Below the pieces are notes generated by a model that was given only the letters and a program-made list of their open reading frames with translations, did not search any database and was not told the DNA's origin. A program made the translations under genes and the position numbers. Source: Felis catus (taxonomy: Eukaryota). Taken from it: a stretch of DNA of 64,000 bases. This document shows positions 50,745 to 62,289 of this stretch, piece after piece (position 1 is the stretch's first letter; the number at the start of each line of letters is the position of its first letter). Where the stretch lies: assembly GCF_018350175.1 (NCBI RefSeq), contig NC_058383.1:30382001-30446000 (forward strand), in the 5' to 3' direction.

Positions 50745-51559
50745 TATCACCCTTGGTCTAATGTCGAGGAAGCGGAGGCTCAGAGGGCTGAAATAACCCA
50801 CCTCTGGTCACACAGCCCATTAGTGGGAAAAATGAGATTTGAACCCAGGTCTGTCCCCCTGCAACCTCCTCTTTCTCTCACTCTGCCCAGCCTCTCTCAG
50901 AAAATCCAGCCTGGGTTGCTCTGATCCCAGCACCAGTGGGAGTAGGGAATCCAAACCCACTAATATTTATCTGTGGGACTGGCTCCTCTGCCGTGCCAAG
51001 TGGGCAAGGGCGCCAAAAGGGGCGTTGCCTCTGAACCAGCCAGAATCTGCCTCCGTCCCCCAGCCTCAGGAGGCTCCGGGCCAGCTGGGCTGTCCAGCAC
51101 CTGGGTCCCGGCTGCCAAAGGAAGCAGGTGAACGCCAGGCTGGGGGAGGCCTAGGACGAGCAGTGACAGCTTCTCTGTTGCAAAATAGATGTTCTGGAGT
51201 TGGCCTCTCCCCGCAGCTGCTAGTAAGAGGCTGCAAATGCTTCCTTTATCCTAGAAAGAGCACAGGCTCTGGAAACAGCAGACCTGTGTTCAATTTCTGT
51301 AGGTGCTTGAGCTCCTTGTTTGCCTTCTCCGAGCTTCTATTTCCATCCTGAAGATGGAGATAACCAATCCACCAAGTATCCGTGAGGATTAACGGGTCTG
51401 AGGAATGGAACACTTTGGCCCGGTTCCTGGCACATGGTGGGTGCCCTGTTAATGCTTCTGTCTCCTTCGTCAGCCTCTTGCCCTGAATTTTTAGGTGGTA
51501 AATCATATTCCATGGAGTGTCTTTATCCTCTTCCATCTCCGTGGTTTATCCCATTCTGG

Positions 51560-52040
51560 GGTTAGTTAGATAACAGCTGCCCCCCCCCCACACACACACA
51601 CAAAAGGACTGTCCAACTCCTAATCCCCAGAACCGTGAACGTGCCCTTATTTAGCAAAATGCTCTTTGCAGATGTAATCCAATTAAGGATCTCAAGATGA
51701 GATCATCCTGGATTACCCAGGTGGGCCCTAAATCCAGGGAGAGGTGTCCTTATAAGAGAAAAGGCAGGAGGAGATTTGCAACACAGAGAAGAGGTCACGT
51801 GAAGACAGGGATGAGGTTGGACACCGGCCACCAGCCACAAGCCAACGAACACCCGGAGCCACCAGAAGCTGGATGATGCAAGGAAGGACCCTCCCTCGAG
51901 ACTCTGGAGACAGTGTGGCCCTACCAACACCTTGATTTCAGACCTCTGGCCTCCCAAGCTTTAGGAAAACTGGTTTGTAGTGTGTTACAGCCAGGCCGTG
52001 TGTGGTGATCGTGGTGCTGCAGTCACAGGAGACTGGTGCA
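51560..52040 (+). mobile_element. MLT1 (C/D-like) LTR
   Basis: ctttgcagatgtaat..aattaaggatctcaagatgagatcatcctggattacccaggtgggccctaaatcca...gccaccagaagctgga...ccttgatttcagacctctggcctcc. Confidence 0.88.
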
Positions 52041-52344
52041 CCTTCTCCCTCCCCCCCCCACCCCCACCCATGCCCCCTCCACCCAGAGAGTGGGTCACTT
52101 CTCTGTCCCCTTCTCCCGTATCCCAGCTCCCAGTCTTCCAGTGTCCCCTGGGCAGAGGAGTCGCTCATCTGAACATCTGGCAGTAGCTACATTGACTGAG
52201 ACACATTTTGCTAGTGGGCATGATGAGCAAGCTGGTAAATATCAGATGCGAAGCCCCCCTCCTGTGTCACTTCTTGCCTCCATACGTGGAAGACTGTTCT
52301 ACACACACGCCCTCTGCCAACATACCCTCAGCAGGACCTCTAGA

Positions 52345-52580
52345 GCTGAGTTTCCCAACCCCATTGCCATCATGTGGACTGGGTAATTCTTTGCTCTGCG
52401 TGTGTGGGGGGAAGAGGGTCCTGTGTATTGCAGCCCTGGCTTGCACTCACTGCAAGCCAAGAGCCACCCCCCCCCCCCCCCGCCGTGGGTGATGATCAGC
52501 AGTGTCTCCAGATATTGCTCAATACCCCTGGGGGAGAAGGAAGAAAGGCAGGGTAACCCCGGGTTGATTCACCCCTGCTC
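52345..52580 (-). mobile_element. MER20-like element
   Basis: gtttcccaacc...ggactgggtaattctttg...gtcctgtgtattgcag...tgtctccagatattgc...cccctggggg. Confidence 0.65.
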
Positions 52581-53072
52581 TAGAGGAGAACCCAGCACAC
52601 ATGCATCCGGTCATGGGGAAGACAGGAACACCCCCTCTTTGTCCATGAGGCTGCACGAACAAGTTCAGCTCGGCACACCCAGCTCTTCCAGATTCAGGAG
52701 AACCAAGATGGGGATTCTAACGTCTGGGCTTCTTGCTCCAGCACCAATCCCCACGGAAGCGCAGGGGTGGGGAGCTGTCAGAGGCGTGCAGTCAAGAATG
52801 AAATCAAGACTTTGTGCCCTTGTGTATCATTCCTCCAAAGAGGAACGAGCATCACATTCACTCTGAATGCCTTGATGCTTAGAGCTGCAAAGGTCTGGGA
52901 ACCCATCCCTCCAAAATATCACAGGCCTAGTGTAGTTTGGTACATTTGGACCGGACAATGCCAAGCAGAAGGGGCAGGAGACACAAAGGATGTGGAGGGT
53001 CAGGTCTCAAAGAGTCTTGAGTGCAATACTATAACGGACTGAGTGTTTGTGTACCCCTTCCCTGAGGGCAAT

Positions 53073-53257
53073 ACTATTATGGACGGGATGTTTGTGTCCC
53101 CCTACTCGCCCCCCCAAAAAGCCTCCTATTTGGAAGCCCTAACCTACTAGTGTCACTGTATTTGGAAATGGGGCCTTTAAAGGAAGTAATTAAAGTTAAG
53201 TCAGGACATCAGGATGGGGCCTTGATCCAATACAGTTCATGTCTTTATAAGATGCCA

Positions 53258-53320
<63 letters not shown>

Positions 53321-53525
53321 CCCCCTCTCCTTGCACACACACCAAGGAAAGGCCATGAGAAAACACAGCAAGAAGGTACCATCTGCAAACCAGGCAGAGA
53401 GATCTGAGTCAGCTAGACCCTTGATCTTGGGTGTCCAGCCTCCAAACCTGGGAGACCATAAATTCACGCTGTTGGAGCCTATTGTCTAGAGCATTTTGTA
53501 ATTGTAGCCCAAGCAGACTAAGACA
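53073..53525 (+). mobile_element. MLT1 (A/B-like) LTR with internal (CT)n
   Basis: tatggacgggatgtttgtgtcccc...gtatttggaaatggggcctttaa...ccatctgcaaaccagg...ccttgatcttgg..tccagcctcca...gcccaagcagactaagaca. Confidence 0.88.
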
Positions 53526-54317
53526 CATACGAAGGAGTCTGGACTGTAGGTCAAAGCTTTCCACTGTTCAGTTCCTGGACCATCTGCATAGAATTCCCCA
53601 GAGGCTCTTCCAAATACAGACAACCCACCTCTACTGAATCAGGACCTCTGAGAGCTGGGACTCTGCATTGTTACAAACTCACAAGGTGATGTTCATGCAC
53701 ATTAAAATTGTATAACCAAAGCTGATAGGTGGCTGGGAATCAGTAAGGGATTTGAAGCAGATTTCTATTTTGGAAATACCAGCTGCACTGCCTCTCCTGG
53801 GCTGGAAATGACGGTGATGGAGGCAGAGAGAAAATTGAGATGTCTCCGCATGTCCTGCCTGTGACTCTTCTCTCTGCTATGCTGAGCACTGCCTGCATCC
53901 CCATGGAACCCTCTCCTCTTCCCCTGCCTTGCTCAAAAGCATAGCTTGTGATGAATGACCCACGAGGTACAAGATGTGGGTGCCAGGAAAATGCTAGGCG
54001 GTAGGGTAGGTGGACGGAGGATCGAAGAGGAAAGACCAGGAAGGAAACAGGAAACGCAGAGAATCTGGTCTTAACTGACCAGTGCCAATGGCTTTCCCCG
54101 GAGGCGGAGCCAACAGACAAGAGACTAAATTCAAAGAGCAGACCAGACCCCTCTTGCGAGATTGGGGCCAAGGCTTTGGATGTAAGGCATGCATGATCAG
54201 GGGAAGCCAGGCCAGCAGTGTCTCAATAACCGTCCCCACGGTGATGTCTGCGGACGGTGAATGTTTCCACTAAGGGCATAAAGGGTGGGCTACGTATCTA
54301 GCTGTGGCTGCTTCTGT

Positions 54318-54331
54318 CCAGCAGAGGGCTG
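54318..54331 (+). promoter_or_regulatory. Candidate CTCF site
   Basis: ccagcagagggctg matches the CCASYAGRKGGC core; motif only. Confidence 0.35.
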
Positions 54332-54659
54332 GGGCTCTGAGCTAGCCCCTCAGTGGGGGACAACATAGGATTGGGGCGAGTGAATGGTGTTGGGTGGTAT
54401 ATGGAAGAAGGCTGAGTCTAGACCTTTCACCTTTAAGCAGCCAAAAATCTCCATTGAGAGGGGAAGAGGGACATGAGGGAGTTTCCTGAAGTCCCAGCGG
54501 ATTCACTGTTGGATGAGATTGGGATAAGATGACCCCTAAGCAAGGATATCCCTGGTTGAGCACATGAATGGGTGTGACTTGAATAGAAGGCAGCAGAACT
54601 CCTGTTCCTCCAGCAATGGCATCAGGCAAGATGCACTCAAGCGCTGTCTCTGGTACTTG

Positions 54660-54850
54660 CAAGCTGGGGAGACTTGAGACGGTTACTTACCTGCCCCGAA
54701 TCTCACTTTCTCGAATTTGTAACATGAGGATAATGTAAGACCTGCCTTGTGAGGTTATCATGAGGATTAAATGAGGTAATTCACGGGCAGCGCTTACCAC
54801 GGGCCTGACACGTAGCTGGCACTCAATGCCATCAGCTATTCATGGTTATT
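54660..54850 (+). mobile_element. MIR
   Basis: tgtaacatgaggataat...gtgaggttatcatgaggattaaatgaggtaat. Confidence 0.75.
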
Positions 54851-54978
54851 GTTGATGATGATGATACCATTATTTTCAAAGAAAAAGGACTTTCAATAAG
54901 ACAGATCTAAATGGGAATCCCTGCTTAGCCAGGAACTGTGAGACTTTCAACAACTTGCTTAATAGATTTGAGTTTTAG

Positions 54979-55009
<31 letters not shown>

Positions 55010-56109
55010 GCTTTAACAAAACGGGGATAATGATTACACCATGGAAGGCTTTTTATGTAGCTACCGTGTGAAGATAATGTACAGCAAAGTGCCTTGCACA
55101 GAATCCCAAATCTCATCCCTCCAGAAAAGCAAAGGTTTCTGTGCCCCCCCCCCCCCAGCACACAGGTGAGCACTTTCAAATTCCTAATACCACAAAAAGC
55201 TCACTAGGTCAAAACCGCCTCTCTTGGGGATTGTGTTTTGCAATGTCCCTGAAAAGTGCCTAGAAGGTACCAAACCAACATGCCCCTGCCTTTGCAAGAT
55301 GGTCTTGACTCCTGTCACTTCACGCTTTCCACAAAGTCTGTTCCCTTGACACATGATGTCATGCATTTGTAGCACCTTAACATCAAGAGAACCATAGGTC
55401 CAAATGAAATCAATGAACGAAATGAGATGCGCTGCATTTGGGTCAGGTTGTTAGGCTTGCCTAACGAAAATGTAAGTGATAAAAACTCCACCGACGACCA
55501 GGAGATTAATTCGTCTGAGTATTATTTCCAGAGACACAGAATTTCTCTGCCCTCACCGCCACCCATGCACAGCCAACCAGCCAGACCTAACACCTGTGGA
55601 CTGGGCTTTACTCTAAGTCACCAAAGACTCGGCCAGCTCTAGAAATCCATGGCGTGCAGAAATACTGCAAGACTTTTTTAGAGGAAAGCACTGGATGTGT
55701 TGAAGCCATCAGAGGCTGGGAGGCTAAGGAAATTCATTTGTCTTTGCGAAATTGGCACCAGACTTCAAAAGTGTTGATGAATCCGCGGCTCCCGACACCT
55801 TTGATCTCCAGGAGGGAATCTGTGTATCTGAGCAGAGGGTAACAGTCCCCTCCAGCTCCAATTACCCAGGCATCCCGCCTGCCTTCTCGGGTGATTTTAG
55901 GTAGGCACTGCCCCCTCCACCACCAATAGCACCAACCCCAGATGCTCTGAAAACCTAGTTCCAAACTATTCAGGCTGTTCTCAGTTTTCTGTGCTGCTGA
56001 GGAACAGGGGACACAGGGCAAAGTACAGAGAGTTGGCTTTGGAGGCACAGACCTCAGCCCAAACTCTGGGTCTACCACTTAACATCTGAGCGAATGGTTT
56101 AACCTTCTT

Positions 56110-56332
56110 TTTTTCTACTTTTTTTAATGTTTATTTATTTTTGAGAGAGACAGACAGAGACAGAGTGTGAGCAGGGGAGGAGGAGAGAAAGCGGGAGACA
56201 CAGAATCTGAAACAAGCTCCAGGCTCTGAGCTGTCGGCACAGAGCCCAACGCAGGGCTCAAACTCACGTACCGTGAGATCACGACCTGAGCCCAGGTCAG
56301 ACACTCAACTGACGGAGCCACCCAGGCGCCCC
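56110..56332 (-). mobile_element. CAN-SINE inside a MIR
   Basis: TSD gtttaaccttctt (56097-56109, 56334-56346). Confidence 0.96.
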
Positions 56333-56433
56333 TGTTTAACCTTCTTGAACCTCGATCTCCCTCTCTGTGAGATGGGAACATTGCTTTCAAGGTTGTTACA
56401 AGAATTAAAAGAGACTGCGTGTGTTGTACGAAG

Positions 56434-56620
56434 CAGGGGTCAGCAAACATTTTCTGCAGAGGGCTTTGCCTAAACTATTCACCTCGGCCATTGCAGCACA
56501 AAAACAGCCCCAGACAACACCTACATGACGAGGCGTGGCTGTTGTTCCACTAACAATTTACTTGACAAAAACCAAACAGCCAGCTGAATTTGGCCGATGG
56601 GCTGCAATATATTGACTCTG
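56434..56620 (+). mobile_element. MER58A hAT-Charlie element
   Basis: caggggtcagcaaacattttctg...aactattcacctc.gccattgcagcacaaaaacagcc...gcgtggctgt...gaatttggcc..tgggctg. Confidence 0.82.
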
Positions 56621-57479
56621 GACTATGAAGCGTAAAGCCCGACGTCTACTCACAGAAGACAATCAACCAGGGGGAGCTTTGACGACGCTAACAGCAACGC
56701 TGAATGAAGATCCACCAACCAGTCATTTGTTGAGCCTTTCTGCATAGCCAGCCCTCTGCTAGACACTGAAAGGGAGAAGTGGAAGGCATACTAGTGAGAC
56801 CCCACCATCGGGGCAGTGTCACAGAGCAAATAAGTAAATCATGGGTAAAAGGGAATCCAGCAATAAAAAAAAATATCAGAAGGATGTCTTTGAAGTCCTG
56901 TGACTCTGCAATACTTTAAACAAAAGGACAAAGTCCCAAGGTCAGCTCCGAGTCATCAAGGCACGCGTGTGAGTGTGTCAAAGTGTGTGTGTGTGGCTGT
57001 GTAACAGCCTTAACCCCGGCTCAGAATTCATGCGCCGCCTCTGCTGTGACAGACAGCATCACCTCTCCGATTGGTGCAAAGCAGTAACCCAAGATGAGCC
57101 TCTCTCTGAAAGCGCCCCCTCTGGTGTTCATGCTCTTTCTGGAGTCAGACGGAATAACCAGGGGTTTGACTGTTAAAGACCTCCTGTTGGAGCTATTGCC
57201 AATATAAGGAAATAAGCACAAATGAAAGAGAGTGAATTGGATTAATTAAGGACATTATCACTTGCTCTGTTTAATTACCTCCTAGCAGCCCTTCCCAAAA
57301 TGCTGTCAGAAGACGTTAACAAGTGTGCCCAGAAAACAAAAAAAAACAAAACAAAAAAGAAAGGATCAAATAATTTCAGGAGATGCCCCTTCTTTGAGAC
57401 TCACAACTCATATTAACCTTTTAAAGACACCTTTGAGTCCTGAAACCGTGAATCCCATTTAAATTTATTGCCTTGGCAA

Positions 57480-57690
57480 GCTGGCTCTGGAGTCAGGCAA
57501 ACCTGGGTTTCAATCCCAAACCTGACACCGGCTGTGTTGTCTTGGGCTTCTTCCTTTACCCGCTCTGTGGCTCCGTGTTCTCATCTGTGCAATGGGGCTA
57601 ATAAAAATACCTACTTCGCTGAGTCGTTCTGAGGGTTAAATAAGACGATGCACGGGGCCTATCTGGCAGAGTTTCCTACACAGAGTAATG
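57480..57690 (+). mobile_element. MIR
   Basis: ggctctggagtcaggcaaacctgggtttcaatccca...ctcatctgtgcaatggggctaataaaatacctac. Confidence 0.82.
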
Positions 57691-58889
57691 GCTTTATTTT
57701 GCAACCTGATTTGACCGTATTAACATCCAGATCCAGTAGACCTGGGCAAAGTTTGAACAAAGCAGGAGCAAATGGGCAGATGTGAAAAGGGGTGTCTTGT
57801 GGTTTAAAGAAAAACCGTACAGAGCCCGCCTTCTTACAGGTCCATAGAAGGACACTTGATGAATAAATGTTTAGCGCCTGTAAGTGCTAGATGCCGGGGC
57901 ATGGGGGACCAAACTGGCTGTGATCCCTGGCCACTCAGAACTTAAGAGTCCGGTAGGTTTCCATTGAGTCTACAGCCCATGAGTCACCTCCAGAAGCCTC
58001 TGGCCACGTGTTCCAGGCAGATGAAAGGCCGGCTCCCTTCCAAGGCTCTGAATATCACAGGCAAAAGCCTTGAAGGCCAACACAAGCCCCAGGCTAAGAA
58101 ACACAGGGTTGCCAGCCTCCTTATCCCTGGGCCCAACATTCCAGAGGAAGCTGGTGGCAGCTGGCCCCAGCACAGGACAAATAGCCCGCAGGGGACATGT
58201 TTCTGGACAATGCTATAAGCTTCAGAGCTCATCAGTAATGGGGGCTTGGGAGCCTGCCAGCCCTGGGGTCCCTGATGTGACTTACAAGGCCCACCACGTT
58301 GTCAGAAAGCCTCCTCTGATCCCAGCACGGAGCATGCAAAGGTCCTGCCTCCCTGGCCCCTGACTCCTTAATCAATAAGAACTTCAGAGAGGGAGGGAGG
58401 GAGAGACAGGCAGCAGGAAAGGCAGGTCCCCTTCTCCCTGTCTCCCTCCACTCCCCCCTCCCTCTGGGATGCTGAAAATAGCCTAATTAGATTGTCCCCC
58501 TGCCTGGGTACCATGGAGATAGCAGGCACAGAGGCTGTGACAGCTCTCACACACCCTTCTGAAAGTTGCCTCTCCTCCCTGTCTGGCCGTTGCTGATAGA
58601 GACACAGGACCCCAGGTCCGCTGCAGGACCAGGGAGGAGGGGATATCACAAAGCAGTGATGACGGCAAGTGGTTTAAGTACAGAGGAGGATGCTTACAAG
58701 AGCACTGAGCAAAATTGACTGCGGACCCTTGCACAACACTGTGGCCCAGAGCAGGGCTAACCCCCACCTCATTCTCTGTGACCTGAATTCTGTATGCAAA
58801 ACCCCCTAGCAGGCACTTACTGTGACGTAGAGTACACAGGGGGTTCAACACAAGTGTGCTCAAAGTTTGTTTATTTGACTTGAAAAGAG

Positions 58890-59338
58890 GGTGCACTCCT
58901 GCCCAGCAATCTGGCCTCACCTCCCCCCATTTTCCCACGCACTCACCGTGCTATGACCACACTAGTATTCTCCTACACCTCAATCACACAAACTTGTCCC
59001 TACCCCAGGGCCTTTGCACATGCTGTTCTGCCTACCCAGAACTCTCTTTCCCCGAATATTCCCATGGCTGACTCCTCATCATTCGAGTCTCCTCTCAAAG
59101 GTCACCTTGTCAGAGAGGGCCACCTGAACCCCAATGCTTTCATCCCACCAGCTCCTTTTCTGTAATATTATTCTGTTTCGCTTCTCCTTAGAAACAATCA
59201 CTGTCGGGCGCCTGGGTGGCTCAGCTGATTAAGCATCTGACTCTTGATTTCAGTTCAAGTCATGATCTCACCATTTGTGAGATTGAGCCTTGCATCCAGC
59301 CTCTGGGCTGACTGTGCAGGACCTACTTGGGATTCTCT

Positions 59339-59389
<51 letters not shown>

Positions 59390-59600
59390 CCTCCCCTGCT
59401 TGGGTTTTCTCTTAAAATAAATAAAGAAAATACACTTAAAAAAAAAAGAAATCATCACCGCCTAAAATCATCTTGTGTATGTGTTTACTGCCTGCCTCCC
59501 TGCACAAGAATTTAAGCTACGTTACAGCAGCACCTTGTCTCTCTCGGTTCACTGATACCTCTATCAGGTGCTCAGTAAAAAATTTTTGGAAGACATGAAC
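58890..59600 (+). mobile_element. L2 fragment split by a SINE
   Basis: cagggcctttgcacatgctgttc...catggctgactcctc...caggtgctcagtaaaaattt. Confidence 0.7.
59206..59446 (+). mobile_element. CAN-SINE (older)
   Basis: gggcgcctgggtggctcag head, (CT)n, A tail; diverged TSD agaaa..atcac.g. Confidence 0.94.
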
Positions 59601-59984
59601 AAGAATATCGGGGGGTGGAGAGGGAGATTCATTCAGGCAGAGATTTAGCAACTATACTTTTTCAGCTAAACATCTTTACTAACTTTAAATACATTAAAGG
59701 CCAGATGCATCTGATTCGAATGATACTCGATTGTGAGATTTTAAGTTAAACAATAAAGATTCGGACTCAGAAAACTCTATCAGGTTAACGATTCTGATTT
59801 TCTGGTTACGATTCTATATACCCGAGGTCTCAGCTAAAATTCTACATCTGTTATTCTAATGTGCCAAGCATCCAGAAGAGTTTTAAGTCCGAGCATCTAT
59901 AACACTAATGATTCTGAAGCTAAGATTCTCTACATCCAGGATTCCGTGGATCTGAGTACAGTATTCTATTGTCTACAGTAGGAA

Positions 59985-60248
59985 GTCTAGACATGGGGGC
60001 TTGTGAGCCAAACCTAACCCAAAAACACATTTTGTCTGACCTCCTCAATGTCAGCCTGAAAACTGTTTTCTTAAATTAATTTATTGTCAATATTTAGCAT
60101 TTCCAGCAGGCAATGATAGGCTGCAGCTGGGTGTTGCCTGGCTTCTCCAGGCAAGATACAGGCTGCAGTGACCATCTTTTCTTTTTAAGTTTACTTATTT
60201 ATTTTGAGAGAGAGAGAGGGTGAGCGCAAGAGTAGGGGAGAGGCAGAG

Positions 60249-60279
<31 letters not shown>

Positions 60280-60490
60280 AGCCCAAGCAGGCTCTGCACT
60301 GTCAGCACAGAGCCCAATGCAGGGCTCAATCCCACGAACTGTGACATCATGACCTGAGCCAAAATCAAGAGTCGGACACTTAACCAACTGAGCCACCCAG
60401 GCTCCCTGGCATTTACCATCTTACATCAGGGCGTTCCACTGTTTGCCCAGACTGCCTGGCCTTTAGAGGCATTTCAGTTTGTGACCTTGG
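59985..60490. mobile_element. MER102-like hAT-Charlie element split by a SINE
   Basis: gcttgtgagccaaacctaaccc..acattttgtctgacc...ggcatttcagtttgtgacct. Confidence 0.5.
60179..60406 (-). mobile_element. CAN-SINE
   Basis: Antisense SINE ending ...cttaaccaactgagccacccaggctccc; accatctt repeated at both flanks. Confidence 0.95.
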
Positions 60491-61274
60491 ATATGATGCT
60501 CGGGGATCTTGTGATTTTGGATCTCAGTTCCCGTGTGCATTTGAGACTCTTGCAAGACTCTGACTACAAATGCATAAAGCTGGGTCTGCAGCCAGTCTCC
60601 TCAGAGGCTTCTGATTCCAGGTTTTGGCCCTTCAGACGTCCCCACACCCTCCAGTGCTAAAAACCCTAGGCAGGGGGCAGGGAAAACGGAAGATGAAAGG
60701 AGATAGCTGCAAAACGCAGACCTTCCTGCAAATAAAGACTCGCTCGAGGCGTGAGACCTTGAGCAAAGCTGTGCACACTCTTTGCTCTGCTCCTGCTGAC
60801 CTGCCTTCCTAGCCGTCCCCCCAATCCCTTCCAGCCATTCCAGACCCAGAACAAATCCCATCACTTTGTCAAGGCACAGCAGCTTAGAATCCAGCTGGAG
60901 ACCAGACCGTTTGGAGCAGACTCCCAGCTCCTTCACCTACAGCTGGGAAGTCTTACGTTCAGCCCTTCTGTGCCCCAGTTTACTTCCCCGTGTGTAAAGC
61001 GCGGTTACAACAGCACCTCCCAGGACTTGTGACAGTTAAATGAGGAAAAAAATACACACGGACACACAACCTTAGAATAGAGCCTGGGACATACTCGATG
61101 CCCATTCAGTGTTAGCTTTCATCACTCCCCATCCTCCTCCCCATCCTTCTCCTCTGACTTAGAAAGCTTTGCAACTGTTGATGGTTGCTTAAAAGCTGTC
61201 TCGGGCCTCTCACTTACTGTTTTATGGATACTTTATAGTCACTGTATGACATTTGTGTAGTCAGTCATCAAACA

Positions 61275-61540
61275 TTTCTTACGGGGTTCCACAGAAGCAG
61301 GCATTACTGAGACAAAGATTTCGGGTACAGTGGCTTATTTCACACGATGATCCCAGGAAGTCGCAGCAGAGGAGTGAGGACAGGATATGGGGGAAGGGTG
61401 TGTTAACGAGCAGGTTACCACAGACATAACTGGGGCACATCACAACGGGGACCTCTCGGAGAGGGCGGGAAAACCATCTCACGGTTGTTGCACCCAAGGA
61501 GGAAGGAAGCTGGGCTATTAATCCTCCAATGCCAATCCTA
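61275..61540 (-). mobile_element. ERVL-class LTR fragment (same family as about 48675)
   Basis: gggttccacagaagcagg..ctgagacaaagatt...gatcccaggaag...gagcaggttaccac..aactgggg..ggggacctct. Confidence 0.55.
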
Positions 61541-61804
61541 ATTTAACATATATTTTAAATTATTATTTACCCACCAATGCTCCCTACAGCCCTAACCTCC
61601 AGCCGGCCTCTCTCACATCCCAGGCCTGCTCCTGTGGCCGTCGAGACTGCTCAGGCAGAGTCCCAGGTACCTGCAGCTAAGAAGCCAGCAGGAAAGAGGA
61701 AAGCAGTCACCAAAAGTGTCTGGGACAGTACCTACAAGTGCAAGGCACTGAGGAAACTAAGACCCTGCTCTTTCCATTGTGGGATTTAAAAAGAAAGACG
61801 TTTA

Positions 61805-61963
61805 GGGGCACCTGGGTGGCTCAGTGGTTAGGCTTCCGACTTCAGCTCAGACCAGGACCCCATGGTTCATGAGTTCGAGCCCCGCGGTGGGCTCTGAGCG
61901 GACAGCTCAGAACCTGCTTGAGATTCTGTCTCCCTCGTTCTCTGCTCCTCCCCAACTTGTGTG

Positions 61964-62013
<50 letters not shown>

Positions 62014-62045
62014 GTAAATAAATAAACTTAAAAATATTTAAAAGA
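61805..62045 (+). mobile_element. CAN-SINE (older)
   Basis: ggggcacctgggtggctcagtggtta head, (CT)n, A tail. Confidence 0.94.
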
Positions 62046-62258
62046 GGGGCGCCTGGGTGGCACAGTCGGTTAAGCGTCCGACTTCAGCCAGGTCACGATC
62101 TCGCGGTCCGTGAGTTCGAGCCCCGCGTCAGGCTCTGGGCTGATGGCTCGGAGCCTGGAGCCTGTTTCCGATTCTGTGTCTCCCTCTCTCTCTGCCCCTC
62201 CCCCGTTCATGCTCTGTCTCTCTCTGTCCCAAAAATAAATAAACGTAATAAAAAAAAT
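62046..62258 (+). mobile_element. Young SINEC_Fc inserted in the tail of the previous SINE
   Basis: CpG-rich copy; TSD atatttaaaaga (62034-62045, 62259-62270). Confidence 0.97.
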
Positions 62259-62289
62259 ATATTTAAAAGATGTGTAAATAATCCTGTGC

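Noticed and set aside
50839..51351. 170-aa ORF
   Set aside because: Non-ATG start, both ends lie in MIR sequence and there is no recognisable protein family; typical chance ORF in GC-rich DNA.
57199..57209. SRF CArG box
   Set aside because: ccaatataagg has seven A/T bases between CC and GG rather than the canonical six.
59700..59975. CRISPR-like or other regularly spaced repeat array
   Set aside because: Recurring words are only 5-8 nt, degenerate and irregularly spaced, in a mammalian context.
48675..61540. Paired LTRs of a full provirus (about 48.7 kb and 61.3 kb)
   Set aside because: The copies are strongly diverged from each other and the intervening DNA has no gag/pol remnants; better read as independent solo LTRs.
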